From Rebecca billardiae RCC1528 (lineage: Eukaryota > Protista > Haptophyta): a DNA stretch of 64,000 nt. Both the position numbers and the translations under genes were made by a program. The notes below the pieces were generated by a model that was given only the letters and a program-made list of their open reading frames with translations, searched no databases and was not told where the DNA came from. Shown one piece after another: positions 1 through 17,647 of this stretch. Where the stretch lies: contig OZ251247.1 in NCBI GenBank assembly GCA_965240325.2, positions 186,001 to 250,000 of the forward strand, given 5' to 3'. The number at the start of each line of letters is the position of its first letter. Positions within the stretch are counted from its first letter, which is position 1.

Positions 1-208
1 ACGGAGGCAGGCAGGCGGGCGGGGGCCCACGCTACTCAGCGGCGCGGCGCGGCGCCAGCCCCGGGGAGCGTCGCGCGCGCATGCGCGCGACGCGCGGCCG
101 TGGCGGCGGCGCGCCCGGCGCGGCGGCGCGGCGCGCGCGCCCCGCCGCCCGCGCCCGGGCGCCCGCCTGCCCCCCCTGGCCCTATCGCTCGCCCTGCCCG
201 CCGCGCAC

Positions 209-2886
209 CTGCTCGCTCATCCGCTCGAACGTGAGCTGCGCGCCGTCCGCCATCCCCCGCTCGATCTGCGCGTCCAGCGTGGTGCGCTCCTGCTTGCAAA
301 AGTCTTTGGAAGGCACCTGCGTCCGGGCAGTCCGGGGGGTCCGGGGAGTCCGGGAGTCGGAGAGGCGGCGAGTGTTGCGTCGGTGGCGAGCGGGTGGAGC
401 CGTGCGAGGGAGGCGGCGGTGCGAGCAGGTGCGAGCAGGAGGGCAGCGGCGCGCGCGCGAGCAGACAGACACACGCACACGCACACGCGCGCGCGCACAC
501 GGCCGCGCGCCGCCGCGGGGGCAGCAGGCGGGCGGGGCCAGGGTGGCGCGCGCGAGGTGGGCGCAGGAGAGGGCGAGGGCGGGGCGAAGGTGAGGAGAAC
601 GGGGCGCGGCTCGGGCGGGCAGCCCACCGGCGTGCGTGCCGGGGGCTCGCGTCCAGGCCGGCAGCCATCGTGCGGCCCTCGCGTCTTCTCTTCCGTTGGC
701 GGAAAAGTCCGGTGCTGGGCGAGGCCGCAGCGCACGCACCTGCTCCTGCTGCTGCACGACGAAGCCCGGCGCCATCTGCCGCTGCACCATCCGCACCTCC
801 GGCGGGCACCGGCTGCACGCGTTGCACCCCTGCGCACGCGCACACGCACGCGCACGCACGCGCACGCGCCGCCCCGGAGTGAGTGGCCGTGAGCGCCGCC
901 GCCGCGGCCAGCCGGCGGGCGCGCGCCCCGCGCGCCCGCGCCCGCCAAGCCGCCCGGCCGGAAAGTCCGGCGCTTGTCCGGTGCGAGCTCGGCCCGCGCG
1001 CACGGCGGCACCTTGGCGTTGAACTGCGTCGAGCCCGGGGTGAGGTCCTTGCAGCCGCGGCACACGACGCGCCGCGCGATCGACGCCTGCTTCACCGCGC
1101 CTGCGGTCGGGTGAGGGGCCCACAGCCGCGGCAGACACGGCCGCAGCAGCAGCGGTGCGCGGGGCCGGTGCGCAGCCCACCCGGGGGGTCGGCGGGTGAG
1201 ACACGCCGCCAGGCCGCGTGCGCTGCACTCGGCGGGGGCCGCACGCGGGCACGCGCACGCAGCTGCACAGACGCACGCACACGCGTCTGCATATACCCAC
1301 ACATAGAGACACTGCACACACATATGCCCACATCATATGTGCGCACTACCCACGTGGGTACGCGCGCATAGGCGCGCACCGTTGTAGATGTCCTCGAGCG
1401 TGACGCGCAGCTCGACGTTCGCGTCCGGCCCGCGCTTGCCCCCGCGCCCGCCGCCGCGCCCCCCGCCGCCACGCCCGCCGCCGCCGCCTGCATGCGCGCG
1501 GTGGGGCGCGCGCCGCGCGCCGTCAGCGGCAGCCGTGCGCGGGGCAGCAATCGACGCCCGGGTCAGCGCGCGCGTGCGCGTGTGTGCGTGCCCGCGTGCA
1601 GCGGTCCCGCTGCCGTGCCACAGCCCGCCCCGCTGTGCAGCGCTGCGCAGCGCGGTGTCACACGCACGCCGAAGACCGCCCCGAGCACGGCGCCCCCCTA
1701 CCCCTACCCCTACCCCTACCCGTACCCCTACCCGCACCCCTACCCCTAGTGCAGCGCACGCACCGAAGAACATCTCGAACGGGTCGAAGGCGTCCATGCC
1801 GCCGCCCCCCTCGCCCTCGCTCACCGCGCTCAGGCCGCCGTGGTCGTACAGGATGCGCTTGTCCTGCAGGGGGGCAGGGGGGAGGCGTGGAGACAGGGGC
1901 GGAGGTCGGGAGGCGGCGGGGTGAGCGCGGCTGCGCGCCCGACTGCTGCCGCGCTGGCACACACTGTGGCGCACGGGTGCGCACGCGTACACACACAGCG
2001 TCCCACACGCCCCACGCACGCCCCGTGGCACGCAGTGCCCCACGCACGCCGCGCTCCGCACGCGGCGCTGCACAGTGCACGCACACGCGGCGATGCGCGA
2101 GACGCCCACGTGGCGCAGCGCTGCACATGCCCTGCAGTGGCTCACACGCGTGGCACGCACCACGCCGTCACGCACACGTGGTGCTCCACACGCCGCGCAG
2201 TGCACCAACAGCGCAGCAGCGCGGTGCCACACGCCCGCACCCAAGCCCTAACCCTACCCCTGACCACAACCCACCCTAACCCTAACCCTAACCCTAACCC
2301 TACCCTACCCACAACATGCACGCACCGGGTCTGAGAGGATCTCGTACGCGTGTGCGACCTCCTGGAACTTGGAGGCGGCGGCGTCCGGGTCGCCGTCGGT
2401 GTTCTTGTCCGGGTGGTACTTCAGGCTCAGCTTGCGGTACGCGGACTTGATCTGCGCGCCGCCGGACCCACGGCGGCGCGCGGCGGCGGCGCGGCGGCGC
2501 GCGGCGGGCGGCGCGGCGGCGCGCACGCGCATGCGCGCCGGGCGCGGCGCGGGCCGGACGGCGGCGGGTGCAGCCGGCGGGCACGCGCGCGCGCATGGAC
2601 GAGGGGTCCGATGCGTGCGCCGGGTGAGCGGCGGCGGCGCGGCCTCACACCGGCGCGTGGCGACGCTCGCGGCTCGGCGGCGCGCCGGCCAGCCGGCATG
2701 CGGCCGCGTCGCCGACGGGCGCGCGGCAGCGCGCGGCCCGGGGCGCGGCGCGCGCACCTCCTTCTCGGAGGCGTCGGACGCGAGCCCGAGCACGGCGTAC
2801 AGGTCCTCCTCCGCGCCCACGCGGCCGAGCGCGCCGAGGCACGCCGCGAGGCTGAGCAGCAGCCGCGCCGCCCTTCGACGCGCCAT
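209..2886 (-). CDS. DnaJ/Hsp40 co-chaperone with signal peptide, ERdj3/DNAJB11-like; spliced, 3' part runs off the window start
   Basis: Exons (minus strand): 2886-2758, 2451-2326, 1863-1764, 1487-1380, 1100-1012, 829-740, 316-209, all with GT-AG introns in consistent phase. Hydrophobic N-terminus ([13 protein letters not shown]), J-domain DLYAVLGL...[19 protein letters not shown] region ([12 protein letters not shown]), [20 protein letters not shown], Cys-rich segment and IERGMADG C-terminal domain. Confidence 0.9.
2245..2310. repeat. Interstitial telomere-like (CCCTAA)n in DnaJ intron 2
   Basis: CCCTAACCCTAACCCTAACCCTAACCC; a related (CCCCTA)n tract lies at 1695-1748 in intron 3. Confidence 0.9.
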
Positions 2887-3989
2887 CGTCCAGACAGCAC
2901 TGGCAGCGCCCCAACGCGTGGGCGCGGATGCAAAGGCCGGACACGTCAGCGCGCCGCCCTGGCCGGTCCGGGCTGGCCGGAGGAGCTCAACTGCCGCACA
3001 TCACTGCCGGCCCGCGGCGCAGTCACTCTGACTCAGAGTCAGACGTCAAGTGACAAGTCTCAGATCAGACAGACTATCTGGTGATAGATTGATAATGATG
3101 ATATGACGCGACATCTGGCCGTCGGTTGACGGCGGCTGCCGTTGCAATCTCACTGAGCTGATGGCGCGCGCAGCTGACACTCTAGTACACAGCATCGCCT
3201 GACGCCACGAGGAGGCGGTGGCACGGCCGACACTCGACAGTCCGCACAGCGATTCGGGCGGAGCCTGCCGGCGGCGGCGCTGTTCAGGCAGCCGCGTCAG
3301 ACGGGCGACTGCGGCGGCGCGCGGCACGTCGGCGGTAGCGTGCTGCCGACGGGCGCGGGGCCATGCGCGGCTCGGCCGCCCCGAGGGCGCGCCGTCGCCC
3401 CGACAGCAGCGGCCGATCGGGCCGCCGGCCGGCAGCGCGCGCGCGCTTGCGCGGGTGAGCTGCTGCGCTGGCTCTGCGGCCGCACTGCACACGCACGCCC
3501 CGCGCCGCGCTGGGGCGACGCTGGGGCGCGCGCGCCGAGCCGGCGCACCCGACGGGGCGACGACGCGGCGGCAGCGACCCCGCGGGCGGGAGGGCACACG
3601 GCCGCGCCGGCGCCGCGCCTCCGCCCGCAGCGGCCGGGGGGCAGGCGCGCGGCTGCGCTGCTGCGCCCGCCGCCGCCTCTCGGCACCCGCTGAGCGGCAG
3701 GCTCGGCGGCGGCCATGGCTGTCAGCGTCGGCGGCCATGGGTGGCGAGCATGGCCGTGGGCCCGTGCCGCGCGCAGCCCCGCGCGCTCGCTCGGGCCATA
3801 GACGCCGGACTCTGCGCCCGGACTTGGCTGCACGGCCGCACGGCTGCTGCGCCGCGCACGCGCGCCGGTGTGCGCGCCGCGCGCTCGCACGCGCGCTCGG
3901 CCGGCATGATGGAGGGAGGAGGAGGGGAGGAGGGATGGAACACAAGTCAAAGTCGTCCGGGCACACACCGGACTCGCTCGGGCGGGCAC

Positions 3990-5266
3990 TCAGGACATGT
4001 AGCTGAAATCACTGCGGAGGCCACGCCCAGGCGCGGGCGGAGGGCACAGCGCGCGCGCGCGGGCGGGCGGGCGTGAGCGTGGGCCGCAGTGGCAGCGCGC
4101 TCGCGCGGCCATGGCGCGCGCCGGGCGCGCGCGCGGCGCGGTGTGCCGTGCCGCGGCGCGAGCGCGCGCACCTCTGCCGCAGCTGGCGCGAGACGTAGTC
4201 CTCGTGGTAGCGCGCGAACGAGTGGAATTGCTCTGCGCGGCAGAAGGAGGGGCGCACGCGCGCGCTCGTGTCAGCGCCGCCTGCAGCCGTGCCCGCGCGC
4301 CCTCGCGCAGCGCCCGCGCGCCGTGCGCACACGCGGCGGCGCGCGCACGCGCGTGTGTTCGTGCGCGTGCGCGTGTGCGCGCTGTGTGTGCGTGTGCGCT
4401 GTGTGCGCGCGTGCGCGCGCGGTTCTCTGCGCGTGCGCGTGCATGCGCGCCGCGCGCGCGCAGTGCGCAGTGCGCAGTGCGCAGTGCGCAGTGCGCAGTG
4501 CGCAGTGCGCAGTGCACGCACCCTGGAGGCGCGCCTGCAGCAAGCCATCGTACTCCGCGCGCAGCTGCGCCTCGCGCGCCTCCAGCGCCTTGGCGACGAC
4601 GGCGCGCACCTCGGCGAGGCAGAAGAGGCGCTGGGAGTACGCGCCGCCGTGCGCGCCGCCGCCGCCGCCGCCGATCCCGCCCGGGCTCGCGAGCTGCGCC
4701 GCGCCAGAGGGCGAGGCGCCGCCGCCGTGCGGCGGAGGCGGCGGCGAGGCGGTCGAGCCGTCAAAGCGGCGCACGCGCTTGGCGCCGCCCGGGCCTCCGC
4801 CGCCCGGGCCGGCGTGGTGCTGCGCCGCGCCCGCGCCCGCGGCGCCGCGGCCGGACGCGGCGCCGAGCGCGCCGAGCAGCGCGTCGTCGCACAGCGCCGC
4901 GTCCAGCTGCTGCTGCTGCCGCTGCTGCAGCTGCTGCGCCGAGCCGGCGGGCGCAAACACAGACGGACACGCGCCGGGCGGCTGGGCGTTGGCGCAGCCG
5001 GCTGCCGCGGCGTCGAGCGTGCGCATCCGCTTGGGCGGCGCCGTGCCGTGGTGCAGCAGCCCGTGCTGCTGCTGCTGCTGCTGCTGCGCGTGCTGCTGCT
5101 GCTGCTGCTGCTGCTGCTGCAGCGCGGAGTGGCCGTGCACGCCGCCGCCGCCGCCGAGCGACGGGCTCGGCGAGGCGTCGAGCGCGTGTATGCGGTGCGG
5201 GGAGCACTGCGGCGGCGACGCGCCCCACTGCTCCTCGAGCGGCCGCTTCGACGCGAGCTTGAGCAT
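3990..5266 (-). CDS. akirin: Akirin homolog (3 exons)
   Basis: Exons 5266-4522, 4232-4172, 4011-3990. N-terminal KRPLE...SP...PPKRMR and C-terminal LFCLAEVRAVVAKALEAREAQLRAEYDGLLQARLQEQFHSFARYHEDYVSRQLRQSDFSYMS*, which match the Akirin C-terminal signature ending in SYxS. Confidence 0.85.
4458..4515. repeat. (GCGCAGT)n heptamer tandem repeat, about 8 copies, in Akirin intron 1
   Basis: Directly visible tandem array. Confidence 0.9.
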
Positions 5267-6012
5267 CTCGGCGCGCGGGGCCGAGGGGGCCGCGCGGCCG
5301 CCGGTCGTCACGAGCCGAGGGCGCCGGGGCGCCGCTGCGCGTGGCGGGCCTGGCCCGGCGTGCGCGGCGAGCGCGCTCGGGCGGCTGGGGCGGTGCGAGG
5401 CGAGCTGGCGCGCGCGCGCGCCACTCGCTCGCCCGGCCTGCGCCTCGCGCCGGCCGACGCCGCTGTGCGCGACGCTCGGGGGCCGGAGGGCGAGGGAGGG
5501 CGGCGGGGCGCCCCTGTCTGTGGCTGCTGGCGGCTGCCGCGGGCCCGCACTCGCGTGCTCACTGGCTGGCGGCTGCTCGGCTCTGCCACCCGCCGCTGAT
5601 GAGAAGGCGTGTCCTGTGTTTGCGCGTCCCAGCTGGCGCCGCTTCGGCGCGCGTTCTCCTAATGAGCGACCGGGCGGTATGTGCGCCGCACCCGCATCGG
5701 TCGTACTCCTGAGCGAGCTCCTATCCGAGATTGCGAGCTCGCGCTCATTGGCGCGGCCGCCGTACCAATCGCGTCAGGGAGGCTTGAGGGAGGGTACTTT
5801 TGAAAGCCCGCCGCTCACGAGCCGTCGAGATTCGGAGGCCGTGCGCGTTCAAACAGAGAATCCGGGGCGACAGGACCCGCGCGGGCCTGAAACGGTTTTC
5901 ATCGCGCTTTCCATTTTCGTGCTTTGAGTTGTCCTCGCACGCGCCGTGAAAAGAAAAGAATTAAGAAATCCGCGCGCCGCTCTTCCCGCGTGCTTCGCCT
6001 CGCAGCTTCGCC

Positions 6013-11676
<5,664 letters not shown>

Positions 11677-12404
11677 CACGCCGCCGACGTTGACGCGCGG
11701 CCTGGCTCCGCCGCGCGACCGCCCGCCTCGCGCCGCGCGCCGCCGCCGCCGGCGCGGCCGGCCGGCGCCGCCAGCGCGGCCGCGGCACCGACACCGTCAC
11801 CGCATGACACGCGCGCGCGCGGCGCTGCAGCGCGCCGCCGTGGGCATGGCTGCGCGCGCGCGCCGGGCGGCCGGGGCCACGCCACGATGCCGCAGCGCCA
11901 GCCAGCTGGCCCCAGGCCGGCCGGCGGCAGCGCCGGTGCCGCCGCGCCCAGGCCGCCCCACACTCTGCCAGCGGGCGCCAGAGTGAGAGTGCCGCAACGG
12001 CCGCGCCCACGGCCCATCACTCATCAGCGCGGCTGCACACCATTCATTCGCAGCAGCGCAATATATATGTCGTTACTACTACTATCGTCGCGTGCATCAT
12101 GCAGAGTAGGAGCTAGCCAAGATGGACCGCTGCTCATATGATCATCGTCAATATCATATGATATGGCGGAATGCTGATGGCAGCTGGGCGCTCTGTCATC
12201 AGAGAAGTGATGATGACTGTGGTGACCGTGCCCGTATTGTCCGCGAGTAACCGAGACTCAGGACCGGGAGACGGCGCCGGGCGCCGCCAGCCGGGATCAG
12301 ACAGGAACTGTATACACGCCGGAGGGAGTGGGACTGCGGGTGGCGGCAGCGGGTAGTGGCAACTGCCGCGGCGGTGACCTCGCGATGGCGCGCGCGCGGG
12401 TCGG

Positions 12405-12821
12405 CTAGGCCGTCATCTCCGCGCCCTCCGCGCCGTCGGCGGCAGCGGCGGCGGCGCGCGGCTTGGCGGCGGCGGCGGCGGCGGCGACGGCGGCGGCGGC
12501 GAGGCTCGCGTCGACGCCACCGTCTCGCGCGCCGGCCCAGAGCGCGATTGGCCGGCGCCCCGCCTCCTTGGGCGTGCCCTTCGGCGTGCCCTTCGGCGTC
12601 GGCACCCAGCCGTCGCGCCGCGCCGCCGCCGCCGCAAACGCCGGGTCGACCTCGCTCAGCACAAAGGCGGCAAACGCCTTGGCGACGTGGGCAGCGGCGC
12701 CCGTGGCGGTGCTGCGCCGGGCGGCGCGTCGGCCGAGGCCCCCGCGCACTTGCAAGCGCGAGGCGAAGCGCGCCGGGCTCGACGGCAGCGGCTCGAAGCG
12801 GCGCGGCAGGCGCGGCGTCAT
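12405..12821 (-). CDS. Hypothetical 138-aa protein (TPKG repeat, Ala-rich)
   Basis: ATG-initiated ORF with host-like GC3-rich, Ala-run codon style. No recognisable domain. Confidence 0.35.
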   Translation of the reverse strand: MTPRLPRRFEPLPSSPARFASRLQVRGGLGRRAARRSTATGAAAHVAKAFAAFVLSEVDPAFAAAAARRDGWVPTPKGTPKGTPKEAGRRPIALWAGARDGGVDASLAAAAVAAAAAAAKPRAAAAAADGAEGAEMTA

Positions 12822-13882
12822 CGGGCAGCGCGGTGGGCCGTGAGCCGAGTCGCAGCGCCAGACGGTGAAATTGCCGGAGGTGGGTGGTTCGGCCGTTCAC
12901 GGTTTGCGGGCCAATCCGAGCGGTTCGTTTGACTCGAGCGTATCTGGAAGTGGTTAAAAAAAGGCTCTTGCGCCCTTTGGGCTACCGGCGCTAATGAAGG
13001 CAGCGGTTGCTTGATGAGCGCAGAGCATACGAGAGGCGGTGTATCTGGCTCGCATCGGTTGAGATCCTCCACCAGGCCGCATACGATCAACGAGCTGATC
13101 ACACAGGACGCTACCGTGCGCGCGATCTCCCGTACTTTCCAGGGGGGATCTGCGCTTGGGGTTGCTGGAGGCGGGTATCGCGAGTCCACTTGGTTCGTGC
13201 GCGCCTTCGAGAGCCTTTTCATTAGTGGAGCGTGCGCGGAGTGATGGGTAAAATTCAAAAGGTGTAAGTCCGTCGGGAGTCGTCGTTGGTAGATTCGACG
13301 AATCCACGAGCTGATTCGCGCCGCCGCTCGCAAATTCCGGTATTCGCCAGCTGTGAGAAACTGAGAATCATTTTTGGGGGCTCCGGTAATGAAGTGTTTT
13401 TAAAGACTCCTTGGTCGAGCGGCGTTCAAGTTTTATGATATGGGAAGACCGTATGGAAATGCGGACGCGCTCAGGCAGCGACATACCTAAGCGGTTCGGA
13501 AAAGTCCCCGGACTACGACCCGGACGTCACCGGGTCACACGCCCGCGCTGACGACGTCCGCGCCTATCCAAACCGTCCATTGATTACGACCTACCAGTAG
13601 TACGTGTCGAGGACGACAGCGCGGCGCCGCAGGGAGAGGTCCCGGGATCTAGACTCTCGACTGGTCAAGGCTCCCGTTACACCGCCGTCTGAGCATGAGC
13701 ATAGAGTTCAGCCCGGAGGCGGAGACGGCGTCCCGCGTGGCCGGTGGGCGTGAGCGGAATCCCCGACTGTGCGGCGACGCGCGCCCGGACCGTCTGAGGC
13801 AGCGTTGACGAATACAACCCTCGGATCGGGTGAAGAGTACGACACCCCGATGGCCCGGTGTGCGTGTGCCCCCCGCAGGGGC

Positions 13883-16055
13883 TTAGCCCATGTACGAGTC
13901 ACGCGAGAGGTCGATCACGCGCTTGCCCTCCTTCTCCGCCACCCACGCCGCCGTGCGCTGCGACGCGAGTGCCGCGAAGAGCGCGCGCACCACGTTGATC
14001 GGGTTGCGGCTGCCGTGCGTCTTCACCCACACGTCGGTCACGCCGAATAGCTCGAGCACCAGCTCCACCTGCGAAAGGGTAGGGTGGAGGGGTAGGGTGG
14101 AGGCGTGGGCACCGGGTGCGTGTGTGCGTGTGCGCGTGCGTGCGTGCGTGTGCGCCGCACCTTCTCCGAGGCGCGCACGCCCGCGCCGCGCGGCCGGAAG
14201 CCGATCTGCGGCAGCGCCCAGGGGCAGGTGTGAGGGGGTTCGAGTTAGGGGCAGGGTTAGGGTTGCAGCGCCCAGGGGCAGCGGCGGGGGGGAGGGCTCG
14301 GGGGGTCGGGTTGGCGGCGCGGCTCGGGCCGCCGAGCGCCGCCGGCGCGTGCCGCCCCGCGCCCAAGCGCCCAAGCAGCTGGGGGCTGCAACCCTAACCC
14401 TAACCCTAACCCAAGCGCCCATGCAGCTGGGGGCTCGGAGGCAGAGGGCTGCGGCGCACGCACGCACCAGGCAGGTGGTCGCGCCGAACTTGCCCTTGAG
14501 CGGGTGGAAGACGGTGCGGTCGTCGTACCGCTCCAGGTAGCACACGCCCTGCGCACACACACGCACACGCGCACGCGCACACGTACGCACACACACACAC
14601 GCACACACGCGCACGCGCACACACGCACACGCACGGGACGGGCAGGCGTCCACGGACCGCTGAGCGTGCGCTGCCGACGCGGCCGGGTGCGCGGCGTGCA
14701 GGCCCCGGGCCCGCGAAAAGCCACGCCCATGCCGCACACACGCGCGCACACACGTGCACGCGCACATGCAGCGCGGCCACGCAGCGCGCACACGCGCACA
14801 CACGCGCACACAGCGCGGCCGCGCAGCGCGGCCACACAGCGCGGCGCACCTTGAGCGCGTCGCGCGTCGCCTTGTCCACCGCCGCCTGCTGCTGCGCCGC
14901 GCGGCCGAGCCCGAAGCCGCACGCGCCGCGCCCGTTGCCCACCGCCACCAGCGCCGAGTAATTCTGCGCGGCACCAATACACAAAAAAGAGCGGGAAAAC
15001 AATCAACGCAGGGGAATGGATATTAAACAATTCAAAAAACACGAGCGCGGAGATAGATGGCGGTATAATGCGCGGCAGGCGGGCGAGCGCGGCGGGCGCG
15101 CGGGTGGCGGGAGAGGGGGCGTGCTCGCAGCACGCGCCGCGCCGAAGCCCGCCCTTCCCCCGCACGCGTCGGCGCGCCGCGCGGCGCTGCGCTCGACAGC
15201 CGCGGCAGTGCGCGCGCACACACGCGCGCGGTGCACACACACACGCGCACACGCGCGCGCGTGCCCCCGCGCGCACCTGCAGCTTGTGCGAGGCCGTCAC
15301 CTTCTGCACGCGCCGCACGTGCAGCACCTCGACGAAGAAGTCGTTCCCGCCGCCACTGCCGCCGCCGCCGCGCGCGCCGCCGCCGCCGCCGCCCGCGCGG
15401 TACCCGGCCAGCGAGAAGTCCGGGCGGCGGCCCGACGCGGCGCGCAGGCCGGTAAGGGCTGTGACACCGCCGCGCGCGCCGTGCGCGGCCGTCGGCAGCG
15501 CCGCCGCCGCGTGGCGCAGCGCGTCCGGCGGCACGCCCGCGCTGACGAAGTCCTCCGGCCCCACCGGCGGCGCCGTCTCCGTCCGGTCGGTCGGGTCGAG
15601 GTAGCCAAGCTCGGAGGTGCGCGCAGCGCCTGTGTGCGCGCGCGCGGGACACACATGCGCGCGCGCGCGGGGGGGCGCCAGGGGTTGGGTGCACACGCGC
15701 GCACGCAGGCCGTGCGTTTGTATCACAAGCAGTGGTCGCGCGGGGCAGAGGCGCGGGCGCGGGCCGCGGCCGCGGTGGGCGGCCACCGCCACCACCGCCA
15801 CCACCCCCAGCCCAGCGCGCAGCGCAGCGCACACACACACCGGGCGCCAGCGCCTCCGCCGAGGGCCAGAGGTGCTCGGGGAGACGCCGCCGCTGCGCCG
15901 CCGCCTTCTTCACCGCCATCTCCGCGCCGAGTCCGGGCGAGAGCGAGTCCGGGAGCGCGCTGAGCGGCGCGCTGAGCGGCGTGGCCGCCAGCACCGCCTC
16001 CACCGCGCGGTGGCGCGCGAGCGCGGCGGCGGCGGCGGCGGAGGCGCCGCCGCCC

Positions 16056-16090
<35 letters not shown>

Positions 16091-16921
16091 CGCGGGGCCG
16101 CCGCCGCCCGCAGCGCCGCCGCCGAGCGCGGCGATGGCGGCGTCGGCCGCGGCCGCGTCGGGCGCCACCGCGTTCAGCCCGCCGCTGGCATCACCGATGC
16201 CGCCGCCGCCACCACCGTCGGCGCCGCCCGCCGCTGCAACGGCCTCCTCTGCCGCCAGGGCCGCGTCTGCGCACGCGCGGGGCGGGCGGGGCGGGCGGGG
16301 CGGGCGGGGCGCGCTCAGGTGCCCCGTCCCCGGCGGAGATTGCAATCTCCCCGCGCGCGCACACAGCGCGCACGCACACAGCGCGCACGCACGCGCGGGC
16401 ACAGCGCGCGCCGGGAGATTGCAGTCTCCGCGCGCGCGCGTGAGGAACGCAACTCGTCCCAGCGCGCGCGGAGATTGCAATCTCGGGCGCGCGGGGAGAT
16501 TGCAATCTCGGGCACTCTGGGAGATTGTAATCTCGGGCGCGCTGGGAGATTGCAATCTCGGACGCACCTGCCTCGGCGAGGAAGAGGTCGCGCGTGGGCT
16601 CGTGCAGGAACGAGTCCAGCTCGGCGCGGAGCACCGCCTCCGTTGAGACGACCACGCGCTTCCGCCCGCCGCCGCCCGCCGCCGGTGGCGCCGCGCCGGC
16701 CGCGCCCTCGCCTGCGCCGCGGGCGGCGCGCGCGCGCCGCGCGCCGCGCGCGCAGGGGAGGGGCGGCGGCTCAGCCGGCGCGCTGTGCCGGGCGCGCGGA
16801 GGCGCGGCGCGCGGCGAGGACGCGCGCGCCCGCGCGCAGCCGGACGCACCGAGCCCCGCCGCGCGCAGCGCGGGCGGATCCTCCGCCGCCAGCGCCGCCA
16901 TCGCCGCCGCATGCGCGCCGC

Positions 16922-16952
<31 letters not shown>

Positions 16953-17537
16953 TCCGAGCAACGTGACAGGCGCCGCGGCGCCGTCGCCGTCCGCGCCGCC
17001 GTCGGGCGCGGCGGGGTCTTCGGCGGCGGCGGGGTCGAGGGAGGCGGCGTCGCGCGCGATGACGGGGAGCTCCTCCGCCTCCTCGAACAGCGCGCGCAGC
17101 CCCGGCGCGCGCGTCTCCGCCGAGCCGCCGGCCGCGCCGCCGTCCGCGCCGCCGTCCGCGCCGCCGGGCGCGCCGCGCCCCGCCGCGCGCTCGGCACGCT
17201 GGAGCAGGTCGGCGGCGTCGTCCGCGTCGTCGGCGATGTCGTGGATCCGGTCCAGCTTCTCCGCCGCGCCCGGGATCCCCATCGCCGCCTCCGCCTCCAG
17301 CCGCCGCCGCGCGGCCGCCGCGCGCGCGCGCACGGCCGCGATGCGCGCCAGTGCGCCGTCCGCGGCGGCGGCGGCGCGGCGCGGCGGCCCGTCGGCGCCG
17401 GCGTCGTCGTGGAGCGCGCGCGCGTGCGCGCCCGAGCGCGCGCCGGCGGCGGCGCGCCAGCGCGCAGCGCTCGCCGGCGCGCGCCGCCACGTCGCCGCGG
17501 CCGCGCCGCGCAGCCCGCCGAGCCCCATCATGGCCAT
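13883..17537 (-). CDS. Mitochondrial ribosomal protein uS5 (MRPS5-like) with long N-terminal extension (7 exons)
   Basis: Exons 17537-16568, 16266-15841, 15629-15277, 14963-14850, 14548-14468, 14205-14161, 14068-13883. Arg/Ala-rich transit-peptide-like start. S5 motifs EVLHVRRVQKVT, YSALVAVGNGRGACGFGLG, LERYDDRTVFHPLKGKFGAT, LELFGVTDVWVKTHGSRNPINVVRALF. Confidence 0.88.
16336..16559. repeat. Cluster of six GAGATTGCAATCTC palindromes (two with one mismatch; four in a 25-bp tandem) in uS5 intron 1
   Basis: Copies start at 16336, 16415, 16471, 16496, 16521 and 16546. Confidence 0.92.
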
Positions 17538-17647
17538 CGCCACGACGCGAAGGGCACGACAGTCCGGGCGGGCGGCGGGCCCGCCCGGCGCGCCCAGCGC
17601 CCCAAGCCAAGGCTCGCTCGGGGCGAACGGCAGCGCGGATCGGCGAG

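Noticed and set aside
699-972. GGAAA(A)GTCCGG motifs resembling bacterial RNase P CR-I
   Set aside because: Two short matches inside DnaJ introns with no accompanying RNase P structure.
12950-13310. ncRNA or small ORFs in the lower-GC interval (AAAAGGCTCT...AGAGCCTTTT inverted repeat; U4-like ATCTGCGCTTGGGG)
   Set aside because: Matches too short; no Sm site in the expected position, no SRP motif or tRNA cloverleaf recognised; ORFs lack host codon style.
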